Shown piece after piece: positions 9,753 to 19,194 of a DNA stretch of 64,000 bases. The notes below the pieces were generated by a model. The model had not been told where the DNA came from. It searched no databases and worked only from the letters and a program-made list of their open reading frames with translations. Made by a program: the position numbers and the translations under genes. Source of the stretch: Candidatus Micrarchaeota archaeon (GTDB lineage: Archaea; Micrarchaeota; Micrarchaeia; Micrarchaeales; CABMGC01); NCBI GenBank assembly GCA_021850805.1, contig JAJZKO010000004.1, forward strand, positions 8,336-72,335, in the 5' to 3' direction. Within the stretch, counting starts at the first letter, position 1, and every line of letters starts with the position of its first letter.

Positions 9753-10889
9753 TCACAGTCTCTCTATTAATTCAGCATAAAGCGAAGCCACTTCGCCGAG
9801 ACCCTTTCTCGAAACCCATTCATTCTCTGCATGTGGGTTATCTCCGTTAGGTGCTATTGTTATAACTGGCACATGCAGTATATTGGATATTATATTATCG
9901 TCAGCAACAGAGCTGCCGTAGTTAATATGATGGGTTCCACACCTCTCATCCACAATGCGTATCACCCGCCTGACGCTCTTATCAGACAGCTTCGTCTCGT
10001 AAGGGTCTATGTAAGGCGTCTCCCTTTTAGCTATGGAGACATCTACCACAGTGCGCCTGTCCAGGGTCCCGCTCGACTTCAGCCTCCTTACAAGCTCCTC
10101 TACCCTCTTCTTTGCCTTAGTTCCTGTATCCGGAGGCACCAGATGGAGATCTACACCTATCCTTGCACTCTCAGGTATCGCAAGCCCGGTAGACCTTCCT
10201 TCAAAGAGATTTGCGAAAGCAGTCTCGCCTCCAAGTGCCTTGTGCTTAAGCAGCTTTAAGTCACCAAGCCCCAAAACTATCTTTGAAGCCTCATCTATTG
10301 CGTTTATCCCTTTCTTTGGCTGTGCGCCATGAAAAGCAAAACCTCTTACATCTATGTTAATCACAACCCGCCCTCGCCTCCCTGCAGTTATCACGTCCGC
10401 GCCTCCCTTATACTTCTCCGAATGCCCGGAGTCGCCGGACAATGCTATTGACACCCCGCTGAACCATTTCCTGTTTGAAGAGAGCGCCTTCCATCCACCA
10501 ACAGATATGTTCTCCTCGTCAACACAGAATACGGCCTTGAGGGATCTTCCTTTACTGGCAGCCAGCCCAGAAAGTATCGCAGCCAAGCCCCCCTTCATGT
10601 CACACGCGCCCAGACCTATTAACCTATCCCCATCCCTCTCAAGCTTTAGTGGATTTGTATGCCATCTTCCGTGCGGTATTACTGTATCCATGTGGCCGTA
10701 GAGGAGTATTGGCCTTCCGCTGCCCTTCCTCTCGGCAAATATGTTAAAGCGCCCTTCGCTGACATACTGCCTCCTTACAACCATCCCTTCTTCTTTGAGA
10801 TAGCCTTCTATAAATTCGCCTATCCTGGACTCATTGGGAAAAGATGAGTCGATAGAGACCAGCTTCGAGAGTAAAGGTTCCACATCCAT
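9753..10889 (-). CDS. M20 family metallopeptidase/deacylase (ArgE/DapE/LysK-like)
   Basis: GHMDTV, GACDMKGG, DEE and PHAENE metal ligands. Confidence 0.88.
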   Translation of the reverse strand: MDVEPLLSKLVSIDSSFPNESRIGEFIEGYLKEEGMVVRRQYVSEGRFNIFAERKGSGRPILLYGHMDTVIPHGRWHTNPLKLERDGDRLIGLGACDMKGGLAAILSGLAASKGRSLKAVFCVDEENISVGGWKALSSNRKWFSGVSIALSGDSGHSEKYKGGADVITAGRRGRVVINIDVRGFAFHGAQPKKGINAIDEASKIVLGLGDLKLLKHKALGGETAFANLFEGRSTGLAIPESARIGVDLHLVPPDTGTKAKKRVEELVRRLKSSGTLDRRTVVDVSIAKRETPYIDPYETKLSDKSVRRVIRIVDERCGTHHINYGSSVADDNIISNILHVPVITIAPNGDNPHAENEWVSRKGLGEVASLYAELIERL

Positions 10890-10896
10890 GATATCA

Positions 10897-11928
10897 TCAG
10901 AATAAATTGTCGAATGCATGGCAGTTGGAAAATGCCTCCAGAGCAGCTTCTCTTACAGACGTCTCATGGTACATTACCTGAAGGCTTTTCATGTGCCCTT
11001 CTATCTCTACATGGTTCCTAAGGAGACCGCCAAAATCCCTGTTTATTTTTGCCGCGTTTATAACAGCCCCATTCTCATTGTTTGATTCTGAAAAGAGGGA
11101 ATAATCCGGATACCTGCTAAGCATGAAGTAAAGCATCCCTACCTGCATCCCGAAATGTATATTGTTGTGCCTGTGCCCCTCTTTTACATATGTGTCCGTG
11201 AATTCCGCCAGCCTTACCACATTCCTCCCATTATCCAAGGGAACTTCATTCATCTCGCATATCGATATGCCTATCAGTTCACGTCCGGCTTCTGTCTCTC
11301 TGTAGGCTACAGAGACTATATTGCTGTTATTAAGTATAGCGCCCCTTACTTCTTCACTGTTGTATTGGAAAGCGCCAAGGAAAGAATTAAGCTCCGGCTC
11401 ATGATCGGAGAGAAGCGACCTTCTGGAGTTCTCATCTACAACAAGCCTAACCATATATCCTCCTTCAAGCGCATATGTGCCGGCCTCTCTCTCTGCCCTG
11501 TCTATTACAACCCTCTCGAGCCGTTCGGCTATGCTTACTTTCCTCTCTGCTCTCGCCTGTCCGAGCCTCTCGTCGCAAGTAGCCCTTTTCTGTTCTGTAA
11601 GTTCCCTGCTCGGCGAGTTATACCCTATATAGACGAGCGAGTAGCCATTTCCAAGACCGAAACTGGCCTCAACATGCTCAATTTTATGAACCAGACCATC
11701 AGATACTACTGCCCTCACAGAGAGCCTTGAGAATGAGTCATCATCAAGCCTGGCTATACCTTCTCTAACAGTCCTGTTTAGAAAATCTGCCCTGAAATCA
11801 TTCCTTATCGTATACGGTATGAAACCTTTAAGCCTTTTAGAAGTTGCCGGCTCTATACCATCCCGTGGACCAAAGCTTGTATTAGCCCTTGACTCCTGCC
11901 TGTAAAGCGAATTTATAAGGGTGCTTTT
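10897..11928 (-). CDS. Hypothetical protein with C-terminal GNAT-like region; 5' end disrupted or start unclear
   Basis: Frame stays open about 70 codons upstream of GTG 11718, back to TAG 11929-11931. AEFTDTYVKEGHRHNNI resembles GNAT motif A. Confidence 0.55.
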   Translation of the reverse strand, partial: KSTLINSLYRQESRANTSFGPRDGIEPATSKRLKGFIPYTIRNDFRADFLNRTVREGIARLDDDSFSRLSVRAVVSDGLVHKIEHVEASFGLGNGYSLVYIGYNSPSRELTEQKRATCDERLGQARAERKVSIAERLERVVIDRAEREAGTYALEGGYMVRLVVDENSRRSLLSDHEPELNSFLGAFQYNSEEVRGAILNNSNIVSVAYRETEAGRELIGISICEMNEVPLDNGRNVVRLAEFTDTYVKEGHRHNNIHFGMQVGMLYFMLSRYPDYSLFSESNNENGAVINAAKINRDFGGLLRNHVEIEGHMKSLQVMYHETSVREAALEAFSNCHAFDNLF

Positions 11929-12001
11929 CTAAACACCTTGTTCTCTCCATAGGGTCACCATGAATAAATGATAATACCATTCTTCCATAACTCCTATTTA
12001 A

Positions 12002-12032
12002 ATATTCGTATTTATTCTTACGAATATCGTAA
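12002..12032. promoter_or_regulatory. Predicted Lrp/LysM-type operator
   Basis: Palindrome TTACG-AATAT-CGTAA (12018-12032) overlapping a 9-bp inverted repeat ATATTCGTA/TACGAATAT, directly upstream of minus-strand TATA (TATTTAAA, about 12004-11997). Confidence 0.6.
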
Positions 12033-12036
12033 TATA

Positions 12037-12453
12037 CTATTTAAGTATGGCATAGCTTACCGTATCCATTACGCCATCAATCTGCCTTATAGACTCAAGC
12101 TTTGAGTTGAGTGCGTCAGCAGTAGCTGCCTTAAGTACGCATACCACGTCGTAGCTCCCCGAAACCTCGTATATCTTCTCAGCGCCTATCCTCCCTATCT
12201 CTTCACCAACCGAAGAGGTATCCTTCTTCGCCGAGACGCTTATCATAACAACTGCGCCAATACCCAGGTTTGCATCTATCGTGAACCTTCTTATTACACC
12301 AGATCTGTACATCTTATTGACGCGTGCTCTGACCGCTCCTTCAGTAAGCCCCAGCTCACGCCCAATCTTAACGTAACTTACCCTGGAATTATCTATCAGC
12401 ATGGATAATATCCGCTCATCAGTGGCATCCATGGTATATATTTGGTTGCTCAT
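12037..12453 (-). CDS. Lrp/AsnC family regulator (LysM-like)
   Basis: HTH LGLTEGAVRARV..GVIRRFTI and RAM domain YEVSGSYD. Confidence 0.9.
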   Translation of the reverse strand: MSNQIYTMDATDERILSMLIDNSRVSYVKIGRELGLTEGAVRARVNKMYRSGVIRRFTIDANLGIGAVVMISVSAKKDTSSVGEEIGRIGAEKIYEVSGSYDVVCVLKAATADALNSKLESIRQIDGVMDTVSYAILK

Positions 12454-12528
12454 AATAAAAATCTAATAGTATACTATTTCCGCAGCAATACGATTAACTA
12501 TAAATATTTGATTCTGGAATATAGAAGC

Positions 12529-13245
12529 ATGTCCGAAATAACCATAGGAAAAAAGATGATGGCAGAAGCCATAGGCACATTCATACTTGTCTTCATAGGC
12601 GCAGGATCGGTGGTAGCATCAAACTACTTCGTAATGGCGAACAGCGCATTCCCGCAACTGCTTCTCATAGCATTTGCCAACGGCCTCGCACTTGCCGTGG
12701 CAATAACAATAGCGATGGGCATATCCGGTGGCCATATAAACCCTGCAGTAACAATCGGTTTCCTGACAGCAAAGCTGATAAATACCAGAGACGCACTCCT
12801 ATACATAATATCACAGGTTATCGGCGCAACATTAGCAGGACTCTTCCTGCTATTCCTGCTGCCCGTTACATTCTCACTTCCCGTACATCTGGGCACACCG
12901 TCACTGGCCTCAGGGGTGAGTGTACTACAGGGCATAAGCATAGAAGCTGTAATAACATTCTTCCTTGTTCTTGCGGTATTCGGCACGATTGTTGACAGGC
13001 GCGCCCCGCGGATAGGCGGCTTTGGCGTAGGTCTTGTGCTTGCCGCATCGGCAATGGTGGCCGGTCCGTTCACAGGCGCCGCGGCAAACCCTGCAAGGGC
13101 GATCGGTCCTGCATTGGCTTCAGGGTTCCTGCAGAACTGGTATGTATATTGGATAGGACCGATAGTAGGCGGGATAGTCGCTGCTCTCGTATATAATTAT
13201 CTATTCAGGGAAGGAGTCGAGAAGCCATCCAAAAAGCGCAGATAA
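12529..13245 (+). CDS. Aquaporin (MIP family)
   Basis: SGGHINPAVT and ANPARAIGP NPA motifs; six TM helices. Confidence 0.95.
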   Translation: MSEITIGKKMMAEAIGTFILVFIGAGSVVASNYFVMANSAFPQLLLIAFANGLALAVAITIAMGISGGHINPAVTIGFLTAKLINTRDALLYIISQVIGATLAGLFLLFLLPVTFSLPVHLGTPSLASGVSVLQGISIEAVITFFLVLAVFGTIVDRRAPRIGGFGVGLVLAASAMVAGPFTGAAANPARAIGPALASGFLQNWYVYWIGPIVGGIVAALVYNYLFREGVEKPSKKRR

Positions 13246-15402
13246 CTATCTCAGGAAGAGTTTCCGCAGGGAGTTCCTGAGGGATTTGTAGCTTGGGCAT
13301 CTGTATCTTGCTTCGCTATCCCCGTCTCCAACCTTAACTGAAATGGCACTCTCAGGTAGCACGTAGAAGAGGCTCTCGTCCGTTATATCATCCCCCGCAC
13401 TGAATACAAACCCATGTTTTTTCCTTGCCAAGACAAGCTCGTAGTATATGCCTTTGCTCATCATATTGCTTACCTCTACGACTTTCTTGCCGAAAAGAAC
13501 ATTGACCTGGCTGTTTGCCGTTATGTTAGTGAGCGTATTATATACCTCGTTTGCGGTATCTTCAACTCCGGCTATCCTTACCTTTCCGTAATGCCATGCT
13601 AATGAATTTTCCTTCTGCTCTATAAAAGACCCATCGATCCTGGCCCTGTATTCCTCCATTATTTCTCTGACAAGGCCCATCCACTTTGTATCGAAGCTGG
13701 CAGTCCTCTCCCATCTATCCGTACCCTGGTCCTTGTGATACGCTCCGTGTTCAGCCACCAACGATATATCCATCCCGCCAAACCATCTCTCCATATCCGC
13801 CTTTTTTCTCCCACTTATAATCACTACGGTGTGCCCACGCCTTGAGATGCCCTGCAAGAGCTCTAAAAGTTCAGCATCGGGTTTGGCTTCTCCAGGATTC
13901 TCACATAAAGGCACCAGCGTGCCATCATAGTCCAGGATAACGAGGCCGCTGCCAGAGGAAGAGATCCGACTGGAAACTAATCTTAAGGTCTCTTCATCAA
14001 AGACCATTGGTTTTATGGAATTTGCTTTAACAGAGGAGTCAAGGCTGCCCATGAAATTCTCCGCCCACCTCCTTACGCCACCTCCCAGAAGCCTCTTTCT
14101 TATATTCTTGTTCAATGTGTAATCATATGCACCAGATATCCCCAAGGCCTTTTCCATAGCGTTGCTTATATCATCTAGATCGTATGGATTTACTATAAGC
14201 GCCTCTTTCATGTCTTTAGACGCGCCTGCGTTGCCACTGAGTATCAATACGCCCTTAAGGTTGTCCTTTGAGGCTATATACTCCTTAGCTACAAGGTTCA
14301 TCCCATCCCGAAGCGGAAGGTTTAGCATTACATCGGCAGACTTGTAGAAAGCAATGAGCTCGCCAAAGCTCAGAGTGTCGTAGATATACAGTACCGGGGT
14401 ATTCCCGTCCTTGGCATATCTGCTGTTTATCTCGCTGACAAGCATCTCTATTTCCCTCTTCACATGCCCGTATTTCTCGACATGCTCTCTGGAAGGAACA
14501 ACCACAAGGACATAAAGAACCCTGCCCACCTGCTCTTGGTTCTTCGCAAGGAAGTATCTGAATGCATCAAGCTGCTCTATTATACCCTTTGTATAATCAA
14601 GCCTCGAGATGGAGAAGATAAGCTTCTTCCCCCTTACTATTCTGGCAATCTTCCTCCTGTAGTGTGCTACATTCTCGCTCTTATAGGATGAAAACCTGTC
14701 AAAATCTATGCCTATGGGAAAAGCTCTCACCGTGCTGGTATGCCCATGCAGTTTTATCAATCCAAAGCGATTCTCATACCCGTTCAGGACACGTGCGCTC
14801 TCCAGAAAGGCATTTACGTAGTCATATGTATGGAACCCTACAAGATCAGAACCAAGCATTCCGTGTATTATCTCTTTATGCCATGGTAGAAGCCGGAATA
14901 CATCGTAGCTTGGAAAAGGAACATGAAGAAAAAACCCCACCTTCGCATCATTGTATTTCTTTCTTATCATATCCGGGAGGAGTCCGAGGTGATAATCATG
15001 CACCCATATCGCATCGCCCTTCTTTGCAATCTTGGACAGCGCCCCCATGAAAAGCCTATTTACCCGTTTATATGCATTCCAATAATCCTGCGAGTATGTG
15101 GTATACATAGGGAAAGAGTGTAGCAATGGCCACATAGTCTTGTTTGAAAACCCATTATAATACAAATCGAATGTTGGTTTTGGGATGTTTACAGGATAGC
15201 ACCTGAATTCCTCTATAAGCTTCTTCTCCACATCAGAGTCGATCTTCGTGCCTGGGTATCCTATCCACAACGCCTTATAATCATTGTAAAATGAGCTCAA
15301 TCCTGTCGCAAGGCCCCCAACGCTTCCCTTAAATCTGACCTCTCCATCAACATTTTTTATTGATACAGGCAGCCTGTTCGATACTATTATCAGCCTTCCC
15401 AT
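13246..15402 (-). CDS. Bifunctional trehalose-6-phosphate synthase/phosphatase
   Basis: GT20 motifs (SNRLP, HDYHL, RLDYTKG, RDGMNLVAKEY) fused to a HAD domain (LDYDGTL, GDDITDE). Confidence 0.95.
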   Translation of the reverse strand: MGRLIIVSNRLPVSIKNVDGEVRFKGSVGGLATGLSSFYNDYKALWIGYPGTKIDSDVEKKLIEEFRCYPVNIPKPTFDLYYNGFSNKTMWPLLHSFPMYTTYSQDYWNAYKRVNRLFMGALSKIAKKGDAIWVHDYHLGLLPDMIRKKYNDAKVGFFLHVPFPSYDVFRLLPWHKEIIHGMLGSDLVGFHTYDYVNAFLESARVLNGYENRFGLIKLHGHTSTVRAFPIGIDFDRFSSYKSENVAHYRRKIARIVRGKKLIFSISRLDYTKGIIEQLDAFRYFLAKNQEQVGRVLYVLVVVPSREHVEKYGHVKREIEMLVSEINSRYAKDGNTPVLYIYDTLSFGELIAFYKSADVMLNLPLRDGMNLVAKEYIASKDNLKGVLILSGNAGASKDMKEALIVNPYDLDDISNAMEKALGISGAYDYTLNKNIRKRLLGGGVRRWAENFMGSLDSSVKANSIKPMVFDEETLRLVSSRISSSGSGLVILDYDGTLVPLCENPGEAKPDAELLELLQGISRRGHTVVIISGRKKADMERWFGGMDISLVAEHGAYHKDQGTDRWERTASFDTKWMGLVREIMEEYRARIDGSFIEQKENSLAWHYGKVRIAGVEDTANEVYNTLTNITANSQVNVLFGKKVVEVSNMMSKGIYYELVLARKKHGFVFSAGDDITDESLFYVLPESAISVKVGDGDSEARYRCPSYKSLRNSLRKLFLR

Positions 15403-15682
15403 TTCCAGATACCTTGGAGATAAATAGTAAGCAAGCTTATTATTTATTAAGGAGATTTTTAGCCGCTGCAGCTTCCAACCCTTTAGATAAGTCTATTATA
15501 TTTCTCCAAGTATCATCCGCTCCAAACCATCTTCTCCTACCTGACATATCTGCTTTCCCAATCTGACAATGGAATAAACGCTGCACAACGGCGCCCAGAA
15601 GCCAAATATAACAAAAAGGAATCAATCCCGGTTTAAATAAGCTAATTCGGGATAGTACGTATCCGATGCGGCAAGAAGTGCC

Positions 15683-15804
15683 TGGCGGGGGCGAGATTTG
15701 AACACGCGACCTCTAGATATCTTAGCAATCACAGCAAGTTGCTCATCACTCAAAAATGCTTTGCATATGAGTCTAGCGCTCTAACCAGGCTGAGCTACCC
15801 CGCC
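15683..15804 (-). tRNA. tRNA-Met(CAU), probably elongator, with 47-nt intron at 37/38 (15719-15765)
   Basis: GGCGGGG/CCCCGCC acceptor, CTAGA-CT-CAT-A|intron|A-TCTAG anticodon arm, TTCAAAT T-loop, relaxed BHB. Confidence 0.88.
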
Positions 15805-15851
15805 TAATCTTATAATTCTAACAAACAAAAATTAATAAATGGGGCATAAAA

Positions 15852-16361
15852 TTAACCGAGTATCCGTATTATCAGTTCCTCTGCTGCCTTAGCTGCCAGG
15901 AGCAGGAAAACCCCAAATATGGCGATGAAGATTCCCACCGCGCCTACGTTAAAGAGCACAAAAGCGAACGCAAGAGCCACAGCAGGAGGATGCTCGCTTT
16001 CTGTGACATGAAGAAGCAAGGCGACAAAGAGCAGGACGATGGCTGCCGAAGCATAAAAACCCAGGATGCCTATAAGTACATATCCAATGTATCCGATGAC
16101 GCCTCCTATAAAGTAAGACCTCACGAAAACATCCTTTCGTGCGGCATACGTGCCAGGCATCATGAACAATATGAAGCCGCTTGCTCCAAAAGAAGCAAAA
16201 ATAATGGAAGAGTAGCCAAATCCCTTTTCTAAGCCGATGTTTACGTAGTCAAGGACATAAATTATTGCGACTAGTGCGAAAGTGAAGATAAGTGCTGCAA
16301 GATAAGGTGTATGCTTATGCTTCCATGCTGCGACATCTCCCTTCCTAGCCTTCCTGCGCAT
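15852..16361 (-). CDS. HPP family membrane protein
   Basis: ASFGAS and EHPPA motifs; hydrophobic. Confidence 0.85.
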   Translation of the reverse strand: MRRKARKGDVAAWKHKHTPYLAALIFTFALVAIIYVLDYVNIGLEKGFGYSSIIFASFGASGFILFMMPGTYAARKDVFVRSYFIGGVIGYIGYVLIGILGFYASAAIVLLFVALLLHVTESEHPPAVALAFAFVLFNVGAVGIFIAIFGVFLLLAAKAAEELIIRILG

Positions 16362-16412
16362 AAATGTAATCTGCAGATAAGTGTTAAAAACGATGCTTTA
16401 TATAAAGAAAAC

Positions 16413-17165
16413 ATGGAAGCGCTAGTCAGGAGGCATGACCCGAAGGAGCTTTCCAAGGCAAACGAGATTCTATCTTCTGCAGCAAGCTATTTTTATAAGA
16501 ACGTCTGCCCTGTAAGGACCGCCAAGCCGGAAATAATACTTCTCGAAGGTCTGCGAAGCGAGGAAGGAATGTTCGGATACTATTTTTCAGGCAAGCTGGT
16601 TATAGATCCGGATTACGGAATAAACGAGAAGACAATACCGCATGAATTTTTCCATCATCTCCAGGAAGCCACAGGAAGGAATCCAAACATTCCGTACCAC
16701 ATGCTTACCGCAGACCACAAAGCAGTGAAGGAAGCAGGGCCGAACCTCTTCGCAGCATTGTACATGTCGCGCGACATGAAGGGAACAGAGCGCATATTCT
16801 TCATTGCTGATTTTCTTAATACCAAATACTCTGACGAATGGAATCCACTGGATTTGGCGTTTGCAAGATATGGCGAATATAACAGGGCACAGGCGTTCCT
16901 CCCCCGGAAGCGCAAAGACGTCTACATACCAACATACGCTGAAGGAAAAGCCATTGCACTTCTTTCCATAGCGTCCTGCGGGCTTGATGTATACACATCA
17001 GCAAGACAGTTGCTGGAGGATCCGGAGAGCGTGCTCAGGAACCTCGAAGCAGCAGCAAGGAAAGACAAAGACTTAATTATATTATCAAGGCTAAATGAGC
17101 TTAAGAGCATGCACAACCGCCCTAGCTTCCTGCTGAAAGATATAGCTGCTGTTGCTAGGACCTGA
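16413..17165 (+). CDS. Hypothetical protein with HEXXH zincin-like motif
   Basis: TIPHEFFHHLQE followed by a downstream E (AVKEAG). Confidence 0.6.
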   Translation: MEALVRRHDPKELSKANEILSSAASYFYKNVCPVRTAKPEIILLEGLRSEEGMFGYYFSGKLVIDPDYGINEKTIPHEFFHHLQEATGRNPNIPYHMLTADHKAVKEAGPNLFAALYMSRDMKGTERIFFIADFLNTKYSDEWNPLDLAFARYGEYNRAQAFLPRKRKDVYIPTYAEGKAIALLSIASCGLDVYTSARQLLEDPESVLRNLEAAARKDKDLIILSRLNELKSMHNRPSFLLKDIAAVART

Positions 17166-17168
17166 AAT

Positions 17169-17241
17169 GGCCTTGGTGGTGTAGCGGCTAGCATAGGGGA
17201 CTGTGGATCCTCCGGTCCGGGTTCGACTCCCGGCTAAGGCC
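17169..17241 (+). tRNA. tRNA-His(GUG) with encoded G-1
   Basis: G-GCCTTGG...CTAAGGC-C acceptor, GGGGA-CT-GTG-GA-TCCTC anticodon arm, GTTCGAC T-loop. Confidence 0.92.
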
Positions 17242-18731
17242 TAGAAAAGATACAGCGCGGAAAGCCTCACTACCTTCTTTATAAACTTGTAAACACTGTT
17301 GGAATTTCTCTTTACATCTTTTATAAGGGCTTTGTAACGCGTCTTCTCCTCAGGAGAGAGAGTGCCCTCCTTTACTATCTCCTGCTTTTTGCCATCTACG
17401 ATCTGCACCTCTCTCTTGCTTATTATATCTTTCCTTACCATCCCATACCACTCGTCAAGGGTATTCCCCTTGGAGCGTATCATCTTCAGGAAGTCCTTCA
17501 TCTTTATTTTCCTCCTCTTCCCTGTCCTGTCCTCCTCTGCAGCAGGTATAAGTGCAGCCTTATCGCAAATTTCCTCGATATCTGCCTGTGAGAAACCCAT
17601 TGTCGCCCTGGCAAGCCTGCCAAAATTTATTCTGGCAAGAGGCATCTTTCTGGTATTAAACTTGAATGCCTGTTTTCTGGTCTTGTAATCCGGAGGCGGT
17701 ATATATATCGCGTCCCCGAACCTCTTGCTCCTCTTGAGGGCAGGATCTATGTCCCATGGCTGGTTTGTAGCACCTATAACGAATATACCTTCAGGATTTG
17801 CCTCAACCCCATCCATTTCCTGAAGGAATTGGTTCACTGCCATTCTCATGTAATTCTGGCCTCCGTCTCCGCCTCCACCACCTCCGCCGCCTCCCCTCTT
17901 AACCCCAAGCGCGTCCAGCTCGTCAAAAAATATCACGCACGGGGTATTCTTTCTGGCCTGCTCGAATATGGCATGCATGTTCTTCTCAGTATTTCCCGCA
18001 TACATATCGACTATCTCATTTATCCTTGCTATTATGACATTCGATCCTGTCTCTCCGCCTATTGCATTGACAAAATAAGTCTTCCCGCATCCAGGAGGCC
18101 CGTAAAATATCACTCCTAGCCCTAGCTTCTTCCCGTATGCCTTGAGCATCTCGGGCTTCTTTATAGCGAGTATTATATTGTCGTGTATAGATTCTTTCTC
18201 CTTCTTCATCCCTACAACATCATTAAATGTTATGGTGGATTTGTGCCACTTTGCAGTCTTGAGCTGGCCATCCTCTATCTTTGTTCCAGTGCCTTCCTCG
18301 AAGGTCTTCTCTGTCTTTGAGACATCAATCTTTGCCTTTAACCCATCAAGCCGCGTCTTGGCCTGCTCGTAATTAGGATTCTTTGCAAGTGCCGCTTCAT
18401 ACCACTCCTTCGCACCTTTAAAGTCGTTCTGATACTCGGATATTATACCCATCACATAAGGTGCATCGCAGCTGTCAGGCTCTATATTCATAACCGTCTC
18501 AGCGTCCCTTGAAGCCTCTTCATACCTATTTATCAGCGCATAAGAAAGCGATCTGTTGAAGTAAGCGCTTGCATACTTTGGGTCTTCCTTCAATGCCTTG
18601 CTATAAAGGTCTATTGCCTCTTCAAACTTGCTCTCCTCGAATGCCTTCCCCGCTTTCTTGTAGAAATCTTCGGCAAGTGGATTATTTGTACCGCTTTTTT
18701 CGTTTTTTTGGTTCTCCTTTGTCTCTGCCAC
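17241..18731 (-). CDS. TPR-domain AAA+ ATPase (classical clade, single AAA domain)
   Basis: N-terminal TPRs, GPPGCGKT, IFFDELD and ATNQPWDIDPALKR. Confidence 0.88.
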   Translation of the reverse strand: MAETKENQKNEKSGTNNPLAEDFYKKAGKAFEESKFEEAIDLYSKALKEDPKYASAYFNRSLSYALINRYEEASRDAETVMNIEPDSCDAPYVMGIISEYQNDFKGAKEWYEAALAKNPNYEQAKTRLDGLKAKIDVSKTEKTFEEGTGTKIEDGQLKTAKWHKSTITFNDVVGMKKEKESIHDNIILAIKKPEMLKAYGKKLGLGVIFYGPPGCGKTYFVNAIGGETGSNVIIARINEIVDMYAGNTEKNMHAIFEQARKNTPCVIFFDELDALGVKRGGGGGGGGGDGGQNYMRMAVNQFLQEMDGVEANPEGIFVIGATNQPWDIDPALKRSKRFGDAIYIPPPDYKTRKQAFKFNTRKMPLARINFGRLARATMGFSQADIEEICDKAALIPAAEEDRTGKRRKIKMKDFLKMIRSKGNTLDEWYGMVRKDIISKREVQIVDGKKQEIVKEGTLSPEEKTRYKALIKDVKRNSNSVYKFIKKVVRLSALYLF

Positions 18732-19154
18732 TCACACACCCGCGATAATACCATCAAGGAGATGGTTAAGCTGCCTGTCAACATAACTTATGTTTTTATC
18801 TTCTCTAGGCACATTAAAAAGCTTATACGATTTGAAGGAACCGAGAAGCGTAAGGGCCTTCCCATGAAGCTCTCTAAGTCCCGTATCCCTTACCTTATAC
18901 TCGCCTTTCAGCTGCCTCACTACTATCTGACTGTCGGAGTAAAGTTCCATCTCCCTCTCCGCCTCTGGGATGCTAAGCACGAACTCGAGCGCGCCTATGA
19001 CTGCTTTATATTCTGCAGCATTATTTGTGGCCTTGCCATTATAAAAATAACGTTCCCCTATTTTCTTCATATATCCGTCGAATACAACATATCCAGACGC
19101 ACTGATTCCCGGGTTGCCCCTTGACGCTCCATCCGTATAAATCTTAAATACCAT
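18732..19154 (-). CDS. rnhA: Ribonuclease HI
   Basis: YTDGASRGNPG, TNNAAEY, DSQIV, VPRE.N..VD. Confidence 0.92.
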   Translation of the reverse strand: MVFKIYTDGASRGNPGISASGYVVFDGYMKKIGERYFYNGKATNNAAEYKAVIGALEFVLSIPEAEREMELYSDSQIVVRQLKGEYKVRDTGLRELHGKALTLLGSFKSYKLFNVPREDKNISYVDRQLNHLLDGIIAGV

Positions 19155-19194
19155 AGCACCAAACTACAATCATATATACAGTGATTTATTGCCC

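Noticed and set aside
1312-11931. Genome-wide TAG reassignment (e.g. pyrrolysine code), suggested by two in-frame TAGs
   Set aside because: Conserved genes such as speB, nadK and pdhC end at TAG at their expected lengths, and no pyl genes are in the window. Only local events remain possible.
15440-15625. 61-aa ORF (or 35 aa from ATG 15547) between tRNA-Met and TPSP
   Set aside because: No recognisable motif or clear start signal; it cannot be supported, though it is not excluded.
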